Part shown: positions 28,774 through 38,744 of the stretch, in pieces
Position numbering within the stretch: position 1 is the stretch's first letter
Layout: each line of letters opens with the position of its first letter
Source of the DNA: Nanobdellota archaeon
Lineage (GTDB): Archaea; Nanobdellota; Nanobdellia; Parvarchaeales; Parvarchaeaceae
Reading direction: 5' to 3'
DNA: 64,000 bases
Assembly: GCA_021802505.1 (NCBI GenBank)
Contig: JAJZXE010000002.1
Location: 11,770 to 75,769 of the forward strand
Made by a program: the position numbers and the translations under genes
Notes under the pieces: model-generated
What the model saw: only the letters and a program-made list of their open reading frames with translations
Databases searched by the model: none
Told to the model about the DNA's origin: nothing

Positions 28774-29496
28774 GTCCTTTACCCTGCCAAAATTTAGATT
28801 TTCTTCCTGCGATATGCAGATGGCATTCAATTGATCCACATCGCAGAAATCCCGCAGATATGGTGAAAGCAGATCCTTCTTCTCCGTCTCATTTATGTCG
28901 GTGCCGGTTGCAAAAATGCTTGCGGCGGGTAAAACCAGGAGCTTCTTCTTATTGTACATATCCCCGTACAGGAAGGCCTTCATTTTCTCCTTTGAACCAG
29001 TGTAACGATATATCACGATGCTTGGATGCTCATGTCCTATCAGATAGAAATCCGCATCCAGGACCGGCAGCTCATCGCCGTGCGCGATGTAAAATCCTTT
29101 TTCGCATATGTAATCTTTGAATATCTCCACATTGTAAGTGCTCTTAATCCTGTCCAGATAGTTGTCATGGTTTCCCTTTACAAACGAAAGCCCCAGTCCC
29201 AGCGATTCGCAGAACTTTATCAGCTCCCCTATCTCCTTCCTTTCATACTGCTTTAAATCTGAAAAATCGTTCTTTAAATCCCCGGTTATAATCAACCTAT
29301 CAGCGCCGGTGCTTATGGAAGACTTATTGATGATATTTTTGATAAATTCCAGGTTTTTACTCGGTATCAGCGTGCCTAAAGAGGACATCTGTCCCTCATA
29401 CCCTAAATGCGGGTCGGAAATCACTATGGAATTCAGCGGCCGCACATAAACGACAGGCATGCCCTCCAGAAGATCAATGTATTCATTTATTTTCAT
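28753..29496 (-). CDS. Metallophosphoesterase (calcineurin-like, Lhr-associated MPE / SbcD-related)
   Basis: 'VISDPHLG' (DxH), 'LIITGDLKND' (GD), 'GNHDNY' (GNH[D/E]) and 'IGHEHP' (GHxH) are phosphoesterase motifs I-IV. Its start overlaps the Lhr stop by 14 bp. Confidence 0.75.
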   Translation of the reverse strand: MKINEYIDLLEGMPVVYVRPLNSIVISDPHLGYEGQMSSLGTLIPSKNLEFIKNIINKSSISTGADRLIITGDLKNDFSDLKQYERKEIGELIKFCESLGLGLSFVKGNHDNYLDRIKSTYNVEIFKDYICEKGFYIAHGDELPVLDADFYLIGHEHPSIVIYRYTGSKEKMKAFLYGDMYNKKKLLVLPAASIFATGTDINETEKKDLLSPYLRDFCDVDQLNAICISQEENLNFGRVKDLRNIIV

Positions 29497-32119
29497 TCTG
29501 CCTCTTGTTTATCTTTTCCATCACTAATTTATGCAGTTTCCGCACATAATCCTTCTTGTTTTTGATTGAAACGGTATCCGTTTCTCCGATAGTTATGAGG
29601 TTGTGGGAGAACGGGGAAGGCACCTCTGTGGCTATTATCGGATATTTTATCTTTCCAGTTTTTATGCCTTTGAGGATTCCGGAGGCATGATTTATATCCA
29701 TAACATCCTCCTCTATCTCCCTGTATGCTTCCTTCAGTATCGGAAAGTTCTCGTCCATCTCGCTTATTATCCTTAAAAGAGACTGGGCATTGATCTGCTG
29801 TCTCTCCACCCTTATCCTGTGGCCCTTATAATTCCTTAAGATCATCAATCCTCTAGCAGCTGCGTGCCTGAACCTTCTCCGCAGTATCTCCGTCCGCTTA
29901 ATATTGTCGTCTATTATCTGCTTTATATCCGAGACGCATGCCTTTTTTATGGCGGCTTTTACCTCCTCCTCATCCAGTGAATTGTTTGGGATTAGTGCAA
30001 ATCCGTTGTCATTTATCACGAGCCCGACTTCTTCACCTATTTTATCGCTGATTATGAACGCGAATACCCTCGACAGTGCGTCGTTCACCCTCCTTCCAAA
30101 AAGAGAGTGAAATATTATGTAATTTCTCCGATTGTAGCTCGTTTTCTCGATAAGTATCGACTTATCAGATGGGACTAACTTGGTAAAATAAAGCTGTTCC
30201 CTGATATATTCGTAGATTGAGACCTTTGAATTAGAATCAACCGGAAAAGAGGACAGGTACCTTTTCACTCCTTCCGGCATGTCTTCAGCGGCTTTTTTGT
30301 ACACTATATTTTTATTGTCCGTATTAAAAAGCGAGGAAAATTCCCTTCGAAACCTGCCTATGTCAACGGCCAATTCGTAGCTTAGCGGCAATTGTTCTGA
30401 AAACCATGGCGGTATGTTTGGTTTTTCGCCGTTGGCCGGCAGTACAAAACAATCCGCGGCGCTCGCCCTCTGAAACCTGTACACCCTTCCTCCTAGGACA
30501 AAAACGTCCCCCCTCTTAAGCTTCTCCAAAAACTCCTCTTCTATGTTACCGATTTTTTTCTTTGTATTGAGCAAATAAACGTTTATCGCGACTTCGTCCG
30601 GTATGGTGCCGATATTTGTATAATATATAAGCCTGGTGAGCCTCCCTCTTTTTCCGAATTTCTTTGTGGAGCTATCGAACCATATCTTGCCGTATACCGA
30701 CCTTTCCTGCAGGGATACGTATTCTCCAGCGAGGTATTTCAGTAATCCCAAAAAATCCTTCATATCCAGATCTCTGAAAGGATAGGCTTTCCTAATGAGT
30801 CTGTAGGCTTCATTTACATCCCAGATTTTTTTTAAGGCCATGCCGACGATGTGCTGGGCCAAAACATCAAGGGGATTTTCCGGCATTGTGAATGAGTCAA
30901 GTTTTCTCCGCAGACCGTCATACAGCATCACAGTACACTCCACAAGATCATCGCGGTTGTTTATGATCAGCTGGCCTTTCGCGGTGTCCTTAAAACTATG
31001 CCCGCTTCTGCCGATCCTCTGCAGTGCCCTCGTTATGCTTTTTGGTGAATTTATCTGTATGACATTGTCTATGCTGCCTATGTCTATTCCGAGTTCAAGG
31101 CTCGTAGAGGAGACGACGCATTTAAGACTGCCTTTTTTAAGGTCTTCTTCCACGGAAAACCTCTCTTCCCTCGAAAGAGAACCGTGGTGTGCGGATATTT
31201 CCTCGTCTTTGTATCCAAACCGCCGCTTCAGATTAAAAACCAGTCTTTCGGTACCGCTTCGTGTATTCGTAAATATCAGCGTCGTCCGGTTCTTTTTTAT
31301 TACATCATTTATTATCCTGTACATGCTGTCTTCGATTTTGCTGTCCTTCGTGTAAATCAGGTCTTTTACCGGGGATGTGACGGTGGCGCTGATCTTTTTG
31401 CTCCATGAGGCATCCACTACCGTACAGTCTCTATCCGTACCCGCCAGGAAGCTTGCCGCTTTTTCTAGGGGATGTATAGTGGCGCTCAACCCTATCCTTA
31501 CGAAATCATGCTTTATCGATTCTGCCAGCCGTTCAAGCGACAGGGACAGATGGGAGCCCCTCTTGCTGTTTGCGAGCTCATGCAGCTCGTCTACGATGAC
31601 ATACTCCAGGCTTGTAAATTTCTCGATGAATTTCGGAGAATTCAGCATTATGGCGAGGGATTCCGGCGTGGTTACCAGTATGTTCGGAGGACGGACAAAC
31701 TGCTTTCTGCGCTCGTTCTGCGGCGTATCTCCCGTCCTTACGCCTACGCTGATGTTTTTCTTACCGGAAAGCTCTGTGATTTTGTAAAGGTCGTTCAGTG
31801 GGGATATCAGGTTTTTGTATATATCGTTGTTCAAGGCCCTTAAAGGAGAGATATACAGGCATTTTATCTCGTCCTTCAATTCGCCCTTGATTGAAAGCTC
31901 TGTCAGATTATTTATTATGGGTATAAAAGCCGATAGAGTCTTGCCGCTTCCGGTCGGGGCCGTAATGAGCAGATTTTTTTTCATACTTATCAGCTTAAAT
32001 GAAAACTTTTGGGGAGGAGTTAACTCACTGAATTTGGATACGAACCATTTTCTCACTATAGGATTCAGCGTCTCCAAATTTTTTTTATCAGAAAACTGTT
32101 CCGTTAATATTTTTATCAT
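29483..32119 (-). CDS. lhr: Lhr-core-type DEAH/DExH helicase (with DEAD/H-associated C-terminal domain)
   Basis: 'LITAPTGSGKTLSAF', 'YISPLRALNND', 'YVIVDELHE', 'LSATIHP' and 'HHGSLSREERFSVEEDLKKG' are helicase motifs I-VI. The long C-terminal region is typical of Lhr. Confidence 0.85.
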   Translation of the reverse strand: MIKILTEQFSDKKNLETLNPIVRKWFVSKFSELTPPQKFSFKLISMKKNLLITAPTGSGKTLSAFIPIINNLTELSIKGELKDEIKCLYISPLRALNNDIYKNLISPLNDLYKITELSGKKNISVGVRTGDTPQNERRKQFVRPPNILVTTPESLAIMLNSPKFIEKFTSLEYVIVDELHELANSKRGSHLSLSLERLAESIKHDFVRIGLSATIHPLEKAASFLAGTDRDCTVVDASWSKKISATVTSPVKDLIYTKDSKIEDSMYRIINDVIKKNRTTLIFTNTRSGTERLVFNLKRRFGYKDEEISAHHGSLSREERFSVEEDLKKGSLKCVVSSTSLELGIDIGSIDNVIQINSPKSITRALQRIGRSGHSFKDTAKGQLIINNRDDLVECTVMLYDGLRRKLDSFTMPENPLDVLAQHIVGMALKKIWDVNEAYRLIRKAYPFRDLDMKDFLGLLKYLAGEYVSLQERSVYGKIWFDSSTKKFGKRGRLTRLIYYTNIGTIPDEVAINVYLLNTKKKIGNIEEEFLEKLKRGDVFVLGGRVYRFQRASAADCFVLPANGEKPNIPPWFSEQLPLSYELAVDIGRFRREFSSLFNTDNKNIVYKKAAEDMPEGVKRYLSSFPVDSNSKVSIYEYIREQLYFTKLVPSDKSILIEKTSYNRRNYIIFHSLFGRRVNDALSRVFAFIISDKIGEEVGLVINDNGFALIPNNSLDEEEVKAAIKKACVSDIKQIIDDNIKRTEILRRRFRHAAARGLMILRNYKGHRIRVERQQINAQSLLRIISEMDENFPILKEAYREIEEDVMDINHASGILKGIKTGKIKYPIIATEVPSPFSHNLITIGETDTVSIKNKKDYVRKLHKLVMEKINKRQNENK

Positions 32120-32163
32120 TGGTTTAATAGATTATGCGAGTATTTAATTTTTACCTGTTAAAT

Positions 32164-32919
32164 TCAATTTCTGCATTTGAATATGATGGTAGGGCCTATC
32201 CTGTTTACCAGGGCTTTTCTATACCCGGTACCCCATACTTTATCTTTAAACCGCAGGGGCTCGACGATTCTTTCCAGCTTTAAGCCGGAAGCAAGTATCG
32301 AATTTACAACAGTACTGATCTTCCGGTCATAATATACAAAGTAATGCACGCTTTTATCCGGCCAGACTTCCTTCTTCTTTTTTACGCCCTCATTAAAATA
32401 ACTCTCTTCTATTTCCATATTATTTGGATTAATCAGCAGATAGAACGGATGTTCCATGCTGAATACGAACACCCCTTTGGGTTTTAGCAGCTTCTTAACC
32501 CGTTTAAACAGCCTGTCCAGATCAGAGCAGTACTGCAGGGCCATAACCGATATGATTATATCGAATTTCCGTTTATTCAGTTTATTGATGGAGGAGAAGG
32601 GTATCTGCATAAAATTCACAGTTACACCGTTTTTTACCGCATTTTTTACCGCCGTGTTTATCTGCTCTGCCGATATGTCTATTGCGGTGCATACTCCCCC
32701 TTTTTTTGCGAGTGCTATCGATGCCTGGCCGCCGCCGCAGCCTATTTCAAGGATGTTTTTGCCCCTTACACTTCCAATAAGCCTTAACTCTTTTTCATCC
32801 GAACCAAACGGGCCGTAATTAACATCCGTCATTCTGTCCCCGGATATCTCTTCTTGATAGTAGGATGAAGCGGAATCCCACCATTTCCTGATGTCATCTT
32901 CATAATTTTTGCCAGACAT
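32164..32919 (-). CDS. Class I SAM-dependent methyltransferase
   Basis: 'ILEIGCGGGQASIALAKKGGVCTAIDIS' (motif I and the post-I acidic residue), 'FDIIISVMALQY' and 'LKPKGVFVFS'. The internal ATG at 32919 ('MSGKNYEDD') is preferred to the track start. Confidence 0.75.
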   Translation of the reverse strand: MSGKNYEDDIRKWWDSASSYYQEEISGDRMTDVNYGPFGSDEKELRLIGSVRGKNILEIGCGGGQASIALAKKGGVCTAIDISAEQINTAVKNAVKNGVTVNFMQIPFSSINKLNKRKFDIIISVMALQYCSDLDRLFKRVKKLLKPKGVFVFSMEHPFYLLINPNNMEIEESYFNEGVKKKKEVWPDKSVHYFVYYDRKISTVVNSILASGLKLERIVEPLRFKDKVWGTGYRKALVNRIGPTIIFKCRN

Positions 32920-32960
32920 AGTGTATTTATAGCAGAAGATCAATATAAGAATGTAAATAT

Positions 32961-34265
32961 ATGTTTGATTCGATGAATATAAAAAAGGAAATACTATCTG
33001 CATTACACGAAATGGGCTTCGATGAACCTACCGAAGTACAAAAACAGGCAATTCCTTTGGGATTAGAGGGTAAAGATATAGTCGTAAAATCAAAGACCGG
33101 CAGCGGAAAAACCGCGGCTTTTCTGATTCCCATACTGAATAGCCTTGAAAATTCGGAAAGGCCGGGCGCGATGGTGATAGTACCGACAAGAGAACTGGCT
33201 CTGCAGGTCACGGACGTAGCGGAGAATATAGGGAGAAATCTCAAGATTAAAACGGTAACTGTTTACGGCGGAGCGTCGATAAATTATCAGATAAGGGAGA
33301 TAAGAAACGGCGCGAATATAATAGTAGGGACCCCTGGAAGGGTGATTGACCTAATAAAAAGAGGAGAACTGCCCACTAATTCAATAAGGTTTCTCGTACT
33401 GGATGAGGTTGATATAATGCTGGATATGGGTTTTATTGATGATATAAAGTACATATTGTCCAGATTACCGCAAAAAAGACAGACAATGTTCTTTTCCGCG
33501 ACTATTCCGGAAGAGATAAAACACATTACGCTGAAATATACGAACGATGCGGTGAATGTGAACGTAGGTTCCGGGGAAGTGACTGTTGACACTATAGAGC
33601 ATTTTTACTCCATTGCGAACGGCAGCGATAAATTTTCCGTGCTTCTCGCATATATCGATTCCAAACAGCCTGAAAAGGCGATAATATTCTGCAAAACACA
33701 GAGGAATGCGGAGAGAATTTATTCTATGGCACAAAGCATGAATCTTCCCGCGGTCTTAATGCACGGCGGACTGAGCCAGAACAGGAGGGAGCACTCCCTC
33801 AATTCATTCAGAGAGGGCGTGAAGATGCTAATAGCTACGAATGTGGCTTCGAGAGGACTGGACATAGACAACGTTTCCGATATAATAAACTTTGATGCGG
33901 AGGAAGACCCGAAAGCTTACGTTCACCGGGTGGGCAGAAGCGCGAGGATGGGAAAAAGCGGGAGAGCCTTTACCATATTCACACCCAGGGAAAAATATCT
34001 TGTTTATGAGATTGAAAGCTATGCAAAGATAAAAATGACCGCGTTGGAGTTTGATCTCGCCCAATACAGGGAGAAGGTAAAGGAATTTTACAAGGGTGAC
34101 ACTCGAAACTATGAGGATATGGCGATGAGAAGGCGCGGTTTCAGCCACGGCGGAAATTTCAGCAGAAACAGAAATACGGGAAGGAATTTCAACGGCGGCA
34201 GGAAAAACAGTTTTTCAGGGTTTAACGGCAAAAAATTCAGGCACAGCTATACAAAAGAAGACTAA
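32961..34265 (+). CDS. DEAD-box ATP-dependent RNA helicase
   Basis: Q-motif 'FDEPTEVQ', 'SKTGSGKTAAF', 'PTRELA', 'DEVD', 'SAT', 'ARGLD', 'HRVGRSAR'. Gly/Arg/Asn-rich C-terminal tail. Confidence 0.9.
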   Translation: MFDSMNIKKEILSALHEMGFDEPTEVQKQAIPLGLEGKDIVVKSKTGSGKTAAFLIPILNSLENSERPGAMVIVPTRELALQVTDVAENIGRNLKIKTVTVYGGASINYQIREIRNGANIIVGTPGRVIDLIKRGELPTNSIRFLVLDEVDIMLDMGFIDDIKYILSRLPQKRQTMFFSATIPEEIKHITLKYTNDAVNVNVGSGEVTVDTIEHFYSIANGSDKFSVLLAYIDSKQPEKAIIFCKTQRNAERIYSMAQSMNLPAVLMHGGLSQNRREHSLNSFREGVKMLIATNVASRGLDIDNVSDIINFDAEEDPKAYVHRVGRSARMGKSGRAFTIFTPREKYLVYEIESYAKIKMTALEFDLAQYREKVKEFYKGDTRNYEDMAMRRRGFSHGGNFSRNRNTGRNFNGGRKNSFSGFNGKKFRHSYTKED

Positions 34266-34648
34266 TGCTTGTTTTTCAGGAAGTTTATATAATCTATAAA
34301 TGGTTTCGGATTATCAATGCTTGTGAAAGTTATAAAGAATGCCGCGGTGCTGGCCAGCGCGATTATGCTGGTTATTTCCCAGATTATCAATGGATTCATG
34401 AAGAAAATTGAAATAAATGATACTATAAAACCGACTGAAAATGAAAATGCGGCGGTGACCAAAAAAGTAAAGGATAATGTATACCTGAAAGAATTGTTCA
34501 GCATGTAACTGCCGAAGAACTTGTTTGCATCCTGTCTTGAACCATACTTTGATGCCAGGGATAAAAAATACATAAAACTCAGCGCGGATATCAACATCAA
34601 AATCCCGGATATTATACCGGTTATACCAAAAATTTCATTGATTATCAT
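34262..34648 (-). CDS. Small polytopic membrane protein (cassette 1, partner B)
   Basis: 128 aa, 3-4 TM. ATGA overlap with the upstream gene. Confidence 0.4.
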   Translation of the reverse strand: MIINEIFGITGIISGILMLISALSFMYFLSLASKYGSRQDANKFFGSYMLNNSFRYTLSFTFLVTAAFSFSVGFIVSFISIFFMNPLIIWEITSIIALASTAAFFITFTSIDNPKPFIDYINFLKNKH

Positions 34649-35013
34649 GCAAACCTCTTAAATCTCAGATACCAGAACCTAATATCTAATATTATGAATA
34701 TGATAGTAAGAACTGCGAAGCCAAAACCCGAGAAGAAAGTGGAATACTGCAATAGTGTAGAAGGATTAAACCCGTTATCCAGATAATCGGATAAAACCAT
34801 TACACCGGCGAGAAAACCGAATATCCCTGCAAATACAAAATAAGGTATCTTAATTGTCTCGGGGTTGAGAAAATAACTGGTTAACGGGGCCTTGTCTTTT
34901 CTGTGTTTTATCAACGCCAGTAATATAATGGTAGAGTAATACATGACAAATACTCCGAGTACGCTTAAAATTCCAAACACTACCCCCTCCATGAGTTTTA
35001 GCTCTACCATCAA
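34645..35013 (-). CDS. Small membrane protein, 'KHR(K/R)DKAPL' family (cassette 1, partner A)
   Basis: 'LIKHRKDKAPLTSYFLN' and C-terminal 'RFWYLRFKRFA'. Paralogous to 46352-46768 and 47552-47917. Confidence 0.5.
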   Translation of the reverse strand: MMVELKLMEGVVFGILSVLGVFVMYYSTIILLALIKHRKDKAPLTSYFLNPETIKIPYFVFAGIFGFLAGVMVLSDYLDNGFNPSTLLQYSTFFSGFGFAVLTIIFIILDIRFWYLRFKRFA

Positions 35014-35432
35014 ACCGCCAGATAGGCAATAAACACTGCCAATAAACTCAATATTAAAGCCGATAAAAACGCATAAAGTACAAGAATATTCGCCCTTTTT
35101 AGATCTAATTCATGAAAACGTTTATTTTTCACATTTCCTTTGCCACCGCCCATGTCTGAAAGGTCGTATATTCCTGCATGGGCATTTACAACGCAGAATT
35201 TAAAAAATCCCTGATAAAACCCTATAAATCCTAGAAACAGAGGTATGATCACGGTTAAAAAGAAAGGATAAGGCTCATTGAGAATAAACAGGGCGATTAA
35301 AAGCAAGGCAGAGATTATAAATCCGACGGCACCGAACAAATATCTTTTTCTTATCTCTTTCGGACCTATATTACAACTGCCCGCAGAGTACTTTACCTTT
35401 TTATTTACCGACATATGGATTAAAAGAACCAA
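35010..35432 (-). CDS. Small membrane protein
   Basis: 140 aa, 3 TM. ATGA overlap with the downstream cassette gene. Confidence 0.4.
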   Translation of the reverse strand: MVLLIHMSVNKKVKYSAGSCNIGPKEIRKRYLFGAVGFIISALLLIALFILNEPYPFFLTVIIPLFLGFIGFYQGFFKFCVVNAHAGIYDLSDMGGGKGNVKNKRFHELDLKRANILVLYAFLSALILSLLAVFIAYLAV

Positions 35433-35499
35433 GCATTAATAAAACTAATCTTTATGTCTTTAAGATAATAGTTGAAGGGAAAAGGCGTTTAAATAACGA

Positions 35500-36258
35500 A
35501 TGTATCTACAATTTATGGATGAAAATGAAATTAAAAAAGTTATGGGTGTTGTAGACCACACTCTCCTGAAACCTTATGCGGGCGAAAAAGACATAAGAAA
35601 ATTAATAGACGAAGCCGATCAGCTTAAAACATACAGCGTATGCATTCATCCGCTGTTTGCCAAATCCGCAAGAAGATATATAACAAGAAAGGGTTATAAT
35701 TTAAAGATAGCGGTTACGATAGATTTTCCGATGGGGGTTTTTACCACAAACGCGAGGGTAAAGGTGCTTAAATCCCTGTCAAAGGACATAGACGAGGCAG
35801 ATTTTGTCATTCAAATGGGATATATAAAATCAAAAAAATTCAGCCTTGTGCAGAAGGACGTGAATAAGTTGGTGGAAACCGCGCATGAAAACGGCAAAAT
35901 TATAAAATTCATAGTAGAGGATGCTTATACCACAAAAGATGAAAAAGAAAAACTCTACGAGATAGTGTGCAGCTCGCAGGCAGACTTTATAAAAACTAGC
36001 ACCGGGTTCGCAGAGCAGGAGTACACCAACAGCATAGGAAATAAATTGACAGGTGCAAACGCTGACAATGTAAAGCTTATGGCAGAGACAATAAAGAGAC
36101 TAAATTCAAAAACAGGTATAAAAGCCTCCGGCGGGATACACTCCTACCAGCAGATTACAGAACTGTTAAAGGCATCGGAAAAAGAGCTTGACCCCAGACA
36201 GTTCAGATTGGGGATGAGCAGTACCAGAAAAATATACGAAGAAATGCAGAAACTTTGA
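35500..36258 (+). CDS. deoC: Deoxyribose-phosphate aldolase
   Basis: 'VDHTLLKP', 'KIAVTIDFPMG' and 'ADFIKTSTGF' (Schiff-base Lys block) are DeoC hallmarks. Confidence 0.85.
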   Translation: MYLQFMDENEIKKVMGVVDHTLLKPYAGEKDIRKLIDEADQLKTYSVCIHPLFAKSARRYITRKGYNLKIAVTIDFPMGVFTTNARVKVLKSLSKDIDEADFVIQMGYIKSKKFSLVQKDVNKLVETAHENGKIIKFIVEDAYTTKDEKEKLYEIVCSSQADFIKTSTGFAEQEYTNSIGNKLTGANADNVKLMAETIKRLNSKTGIKASGGIHSYQQITELLKASEKELDPRQFRLGMSSTRKIYEEMQKL

Positions 36259-36277
36259 ATAATCAATATTATAATTT

Positions 36278-37153
36278 ATGGAAATAGACGGTGCGTTGTC
36301 TGAGATATTTGCGGTTTTGGATGGCTCAGGCAACATTGACGTAGAAAGAACCGAAAAATATGTAAAATTTCTAATTAAAAACGGCATAAAGGGATTGTTT
36401 ATCGGGGGGCTTGCCGCCGAAACACTGTCTTTTGATGAAAACGAAAGAATAAACTGGCTTAAAACCGTAAAAAGGGCCTCTGGAAACACACCTATAATAT
36501 TTCAGATAATCCCTTCAAATATGAACAGCATAACAAAAGAGATAAAAAACGCGGAGGAAAACGGCGCGGACGTTATATCTGTGAGCCAACCGTATCCTAT
36601 GCCATTAAGCAATAATGAACTCATGGATTATTTTTCATTTATATGCAAGAACACCAAACTGCCGGTAATGATATACAACGAACCGACTATTGGTAAGCCG
36701 CTGGAAATCACTGTGCTCTCTGAGATAATAAAGAAAAATAACAACATAAAATTTTACAAAGATAGCACTCATAATCTTATAGATCTGCACACATTTTTAA
36801 TGCAAAATACAGGAATATCGGTTCTTGCGGGCAGTGACGGCCTGATATTCGATATAATTAATGCCGGGGGAAAAGGAGTCATTTCATTGGTGGCAAATCC
36901 GTTTCCAAAATTAATAGCAGATGAGGTGGAAGCACTCAGAAGCAATAAACTGGATAAAGCCTTAGAACTGCAGAATTTGATAATTAAGATAAGATCCATT
37001 TTAAAGATGGGCGGATTAACTGCAGGATACAGATATGCAATGAAAATTACCGGCATGGATGTCGGAGAACCAATATTTCCATACGCAAAAATAGATGAAA
37101 ATAGCAAAATTAAGATAAGAAATGGATTAACCAGCTTAAGATTAATTCAATGA
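36278..37153 (+). CDS. DapA-family (dihydrodipicolinate synthase / KDG-aldolase-like) class I aldolase
   Basis: 'GLFIGGLAAETLSFDENERI' resembles the GTTGE block, 'MIYNEPTIGKPL' resembles the YN.P pocket, and 'KFYKDSTHN' carries the candidate Schiff-base Lys. Confidence 0.7.
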   Translation: MEIDGALSEIFAVLDGSGNIDVERTEKYVKFLIKNGIKGLFIGGLAAETLSFDENERINWLKTVKRASGNTPIIFQIIPSNMNSITKEIKNAEENGADVISVSQPYPMPLSNNELMDYFSFICKNTKLPVMIYNEPTIGKPLEITVLSEIIKKNNNIKFYKDSTHNLIDLHTFLMQNTGISVLAGSDGLIFDIINAGGKGVISLVANPFPKLIADEVEALRSNKLDKALELQNLIIKIRSILKMGGLTAGYRYAMKITGMDVGEPIFPYAKIDENSKIKIRNGLTSLRLIQ

Positions 37154-37229
37154 CCCTGCAGCGGTTAGCGTCCTAGTTTATAACAACTCCAATGTAATGG
37201 TTTTTCCAGTAATATGGCTTACTAGTTTA

Positions 37230-38639
37230 TCAGCTAAGCTGTGATTCTTCCAAGCTCTTTCTCTTCAATTCCGGTCCGAGAATAATTTCGGCTACTGCAC
37301 CTATAAGGATAACTACGCCAGTTATTACAAATACAGGCAATAAACCCGCGACAGTACCGACATAAGCTGCAAGGGCGAATGGCGCTATTATACCACCAAG
37401 CCTTCCGAAACCTATGGCGGTACCCATAGCAGATCCTCTGTTTTTAGTGGGAAACATCTCTCCTATCTGTGGGTATAATACCCCTGCTGCGGCGTATATA
37501 AAAAAGTATAACAATACTAATAATGCAATGAAAACTGCAAATGGAATTTCTCTAACTATTAATCCGATTATTATGGATAGTATTCCGGCTGCTCCGTATG
37601 ACAGGGTTATAATCGGTCTTCTTCCGACAACGTCCATAAGATAAGACATAACAAATACCCCTAATACGCCTCCGGCGGTCAATAAAAGCAACACAAACGC
37701 GACTTTTGACGGCGAAAAACTAAAGACCTTGACAAATATAACCGCAAACACTGAGAAAGCGGAATAATAAGGCCAGGTCTCAGTAAAATTAAGAGTCCAT
37801 GCCAGAATAAGCCTCTTCCAGTACTTAGTGAACATTCTTTTATACCCGCCGGCCTCCGAACCCCTGAAATCCAGTGTAATAGTCTTAGTAACGGGTAATT
37901 TGCCTTTGACATGTTTTTCAATGGATTTAACAATTGAATCTGCATCTTTGACCCTGCCTTTAGATAACAGATATCTCGGTGATTCAGGCAAACCAAATCT
38001 TGCTATAAGCAGAGTTATTGCCAATGAAACCCCCAATAAGAAGCTTATACCGACTGCTGTCGTCGGCAGAATGAAGCTTAATAACACTAAAACAACCACA
38101 GAGGCTAAAACAGTACCGAAGTCATACAGAACGGCATTGCCAGTACCTGTGAAGAAACCCCTGATCCTGGAGGGTGTAAACTCCTGCAATGCTGCTATAG
38201 ATGCTCCGAACTCGCCGCCGACACCAAAGCCGGTAAGTGCTCTAAGGAACAGTAATGTAGGGTAATTTAACCCTTTAACTAAGAAAAGCACGCCGATTAG
38301 GGTATCTCCGACTATTATTATCGCCATGCTCACTAAGAAAAGCAAACGTCTTCCATGTGTATCTGCCAAGTGACCCAGCCAGGTCGCACCTACTAATTCA
38401 CCTATTAAAAATGCAGGAGTTATTGCCAAAAGTGCTAAACTGGAGAGATTTAAAAGTTTTCCGATAGTGCCAAGCTGCGCGCCGGCTACTGAAAGCGTGA
38501 AGCCTTCCAGAAGAAGACCTCCTCCAAGAATTAAAAGAATTTTAATGTGCCAGCTTGTAATCGGCATCTTGTCCAAACGAGTAGTTACATTTGTTTTAAC
38601 AGAAGAAACCTGCTTTTCAGCTTTCCTGCTCTTTTGCAT
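37230..38639 (-). CDS. MFS transporter (metabolite/sugar:H+ symporter-like)
   Basis: 12 TM. 'LADTHGRRLLF' at MFS motif A. Long N-terminal cytoplasmic tail. Confidence 0.8.
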   Translation of the reverse strand: MQKSRKAEKQVSSVKTNVTTRLDKMPITSWHIKILLILGGGLLLEGFTLSVAGAQLGTIGKLLNLSSLALLAITPAFLIGELVGATWLGHLADTHGRRLLFLVSMAIIIVGDTLIGVLFLVKGLNYPTLLFLRALTGFGVGGEFGASIAALQEFTPSRIRGFFTGTGNAVLYDFGTVLASVVVLVLLSFILPTTAVGISFLLGVSLAITLLIARFGLPESPRYLLSKGRVKDADSIVKSIEKHVKGKLPVTKTITLDFRGSEAGGYKRMFTKYWKRLILAWTLNFTETWPYYSAFSVFAVIFVKVFSFSPSKVAFVLLLLTAGGVLGVFVMSYLMDVVGRRPIITLSYGAAGILSIIIGLIVREIPFAVFIALLVLLYFFIYAAAGVLYPQIGEMFPTKNRGSAMGTAIGFGRLGGIIAPFALAAYVGTVAGLLPVFVITGVVILIGAVAEIILGPELKRKSLEESQLS

Positions 38640-38744
38640 AAAATGAAGAGGATAACATTATTTATAAACTTTTTTATTTCAGGTTTTATTTATTAACTAG
38701 TAAAAATAAAACATTAGTTAATTAACATAAAACAAGGATTATGC

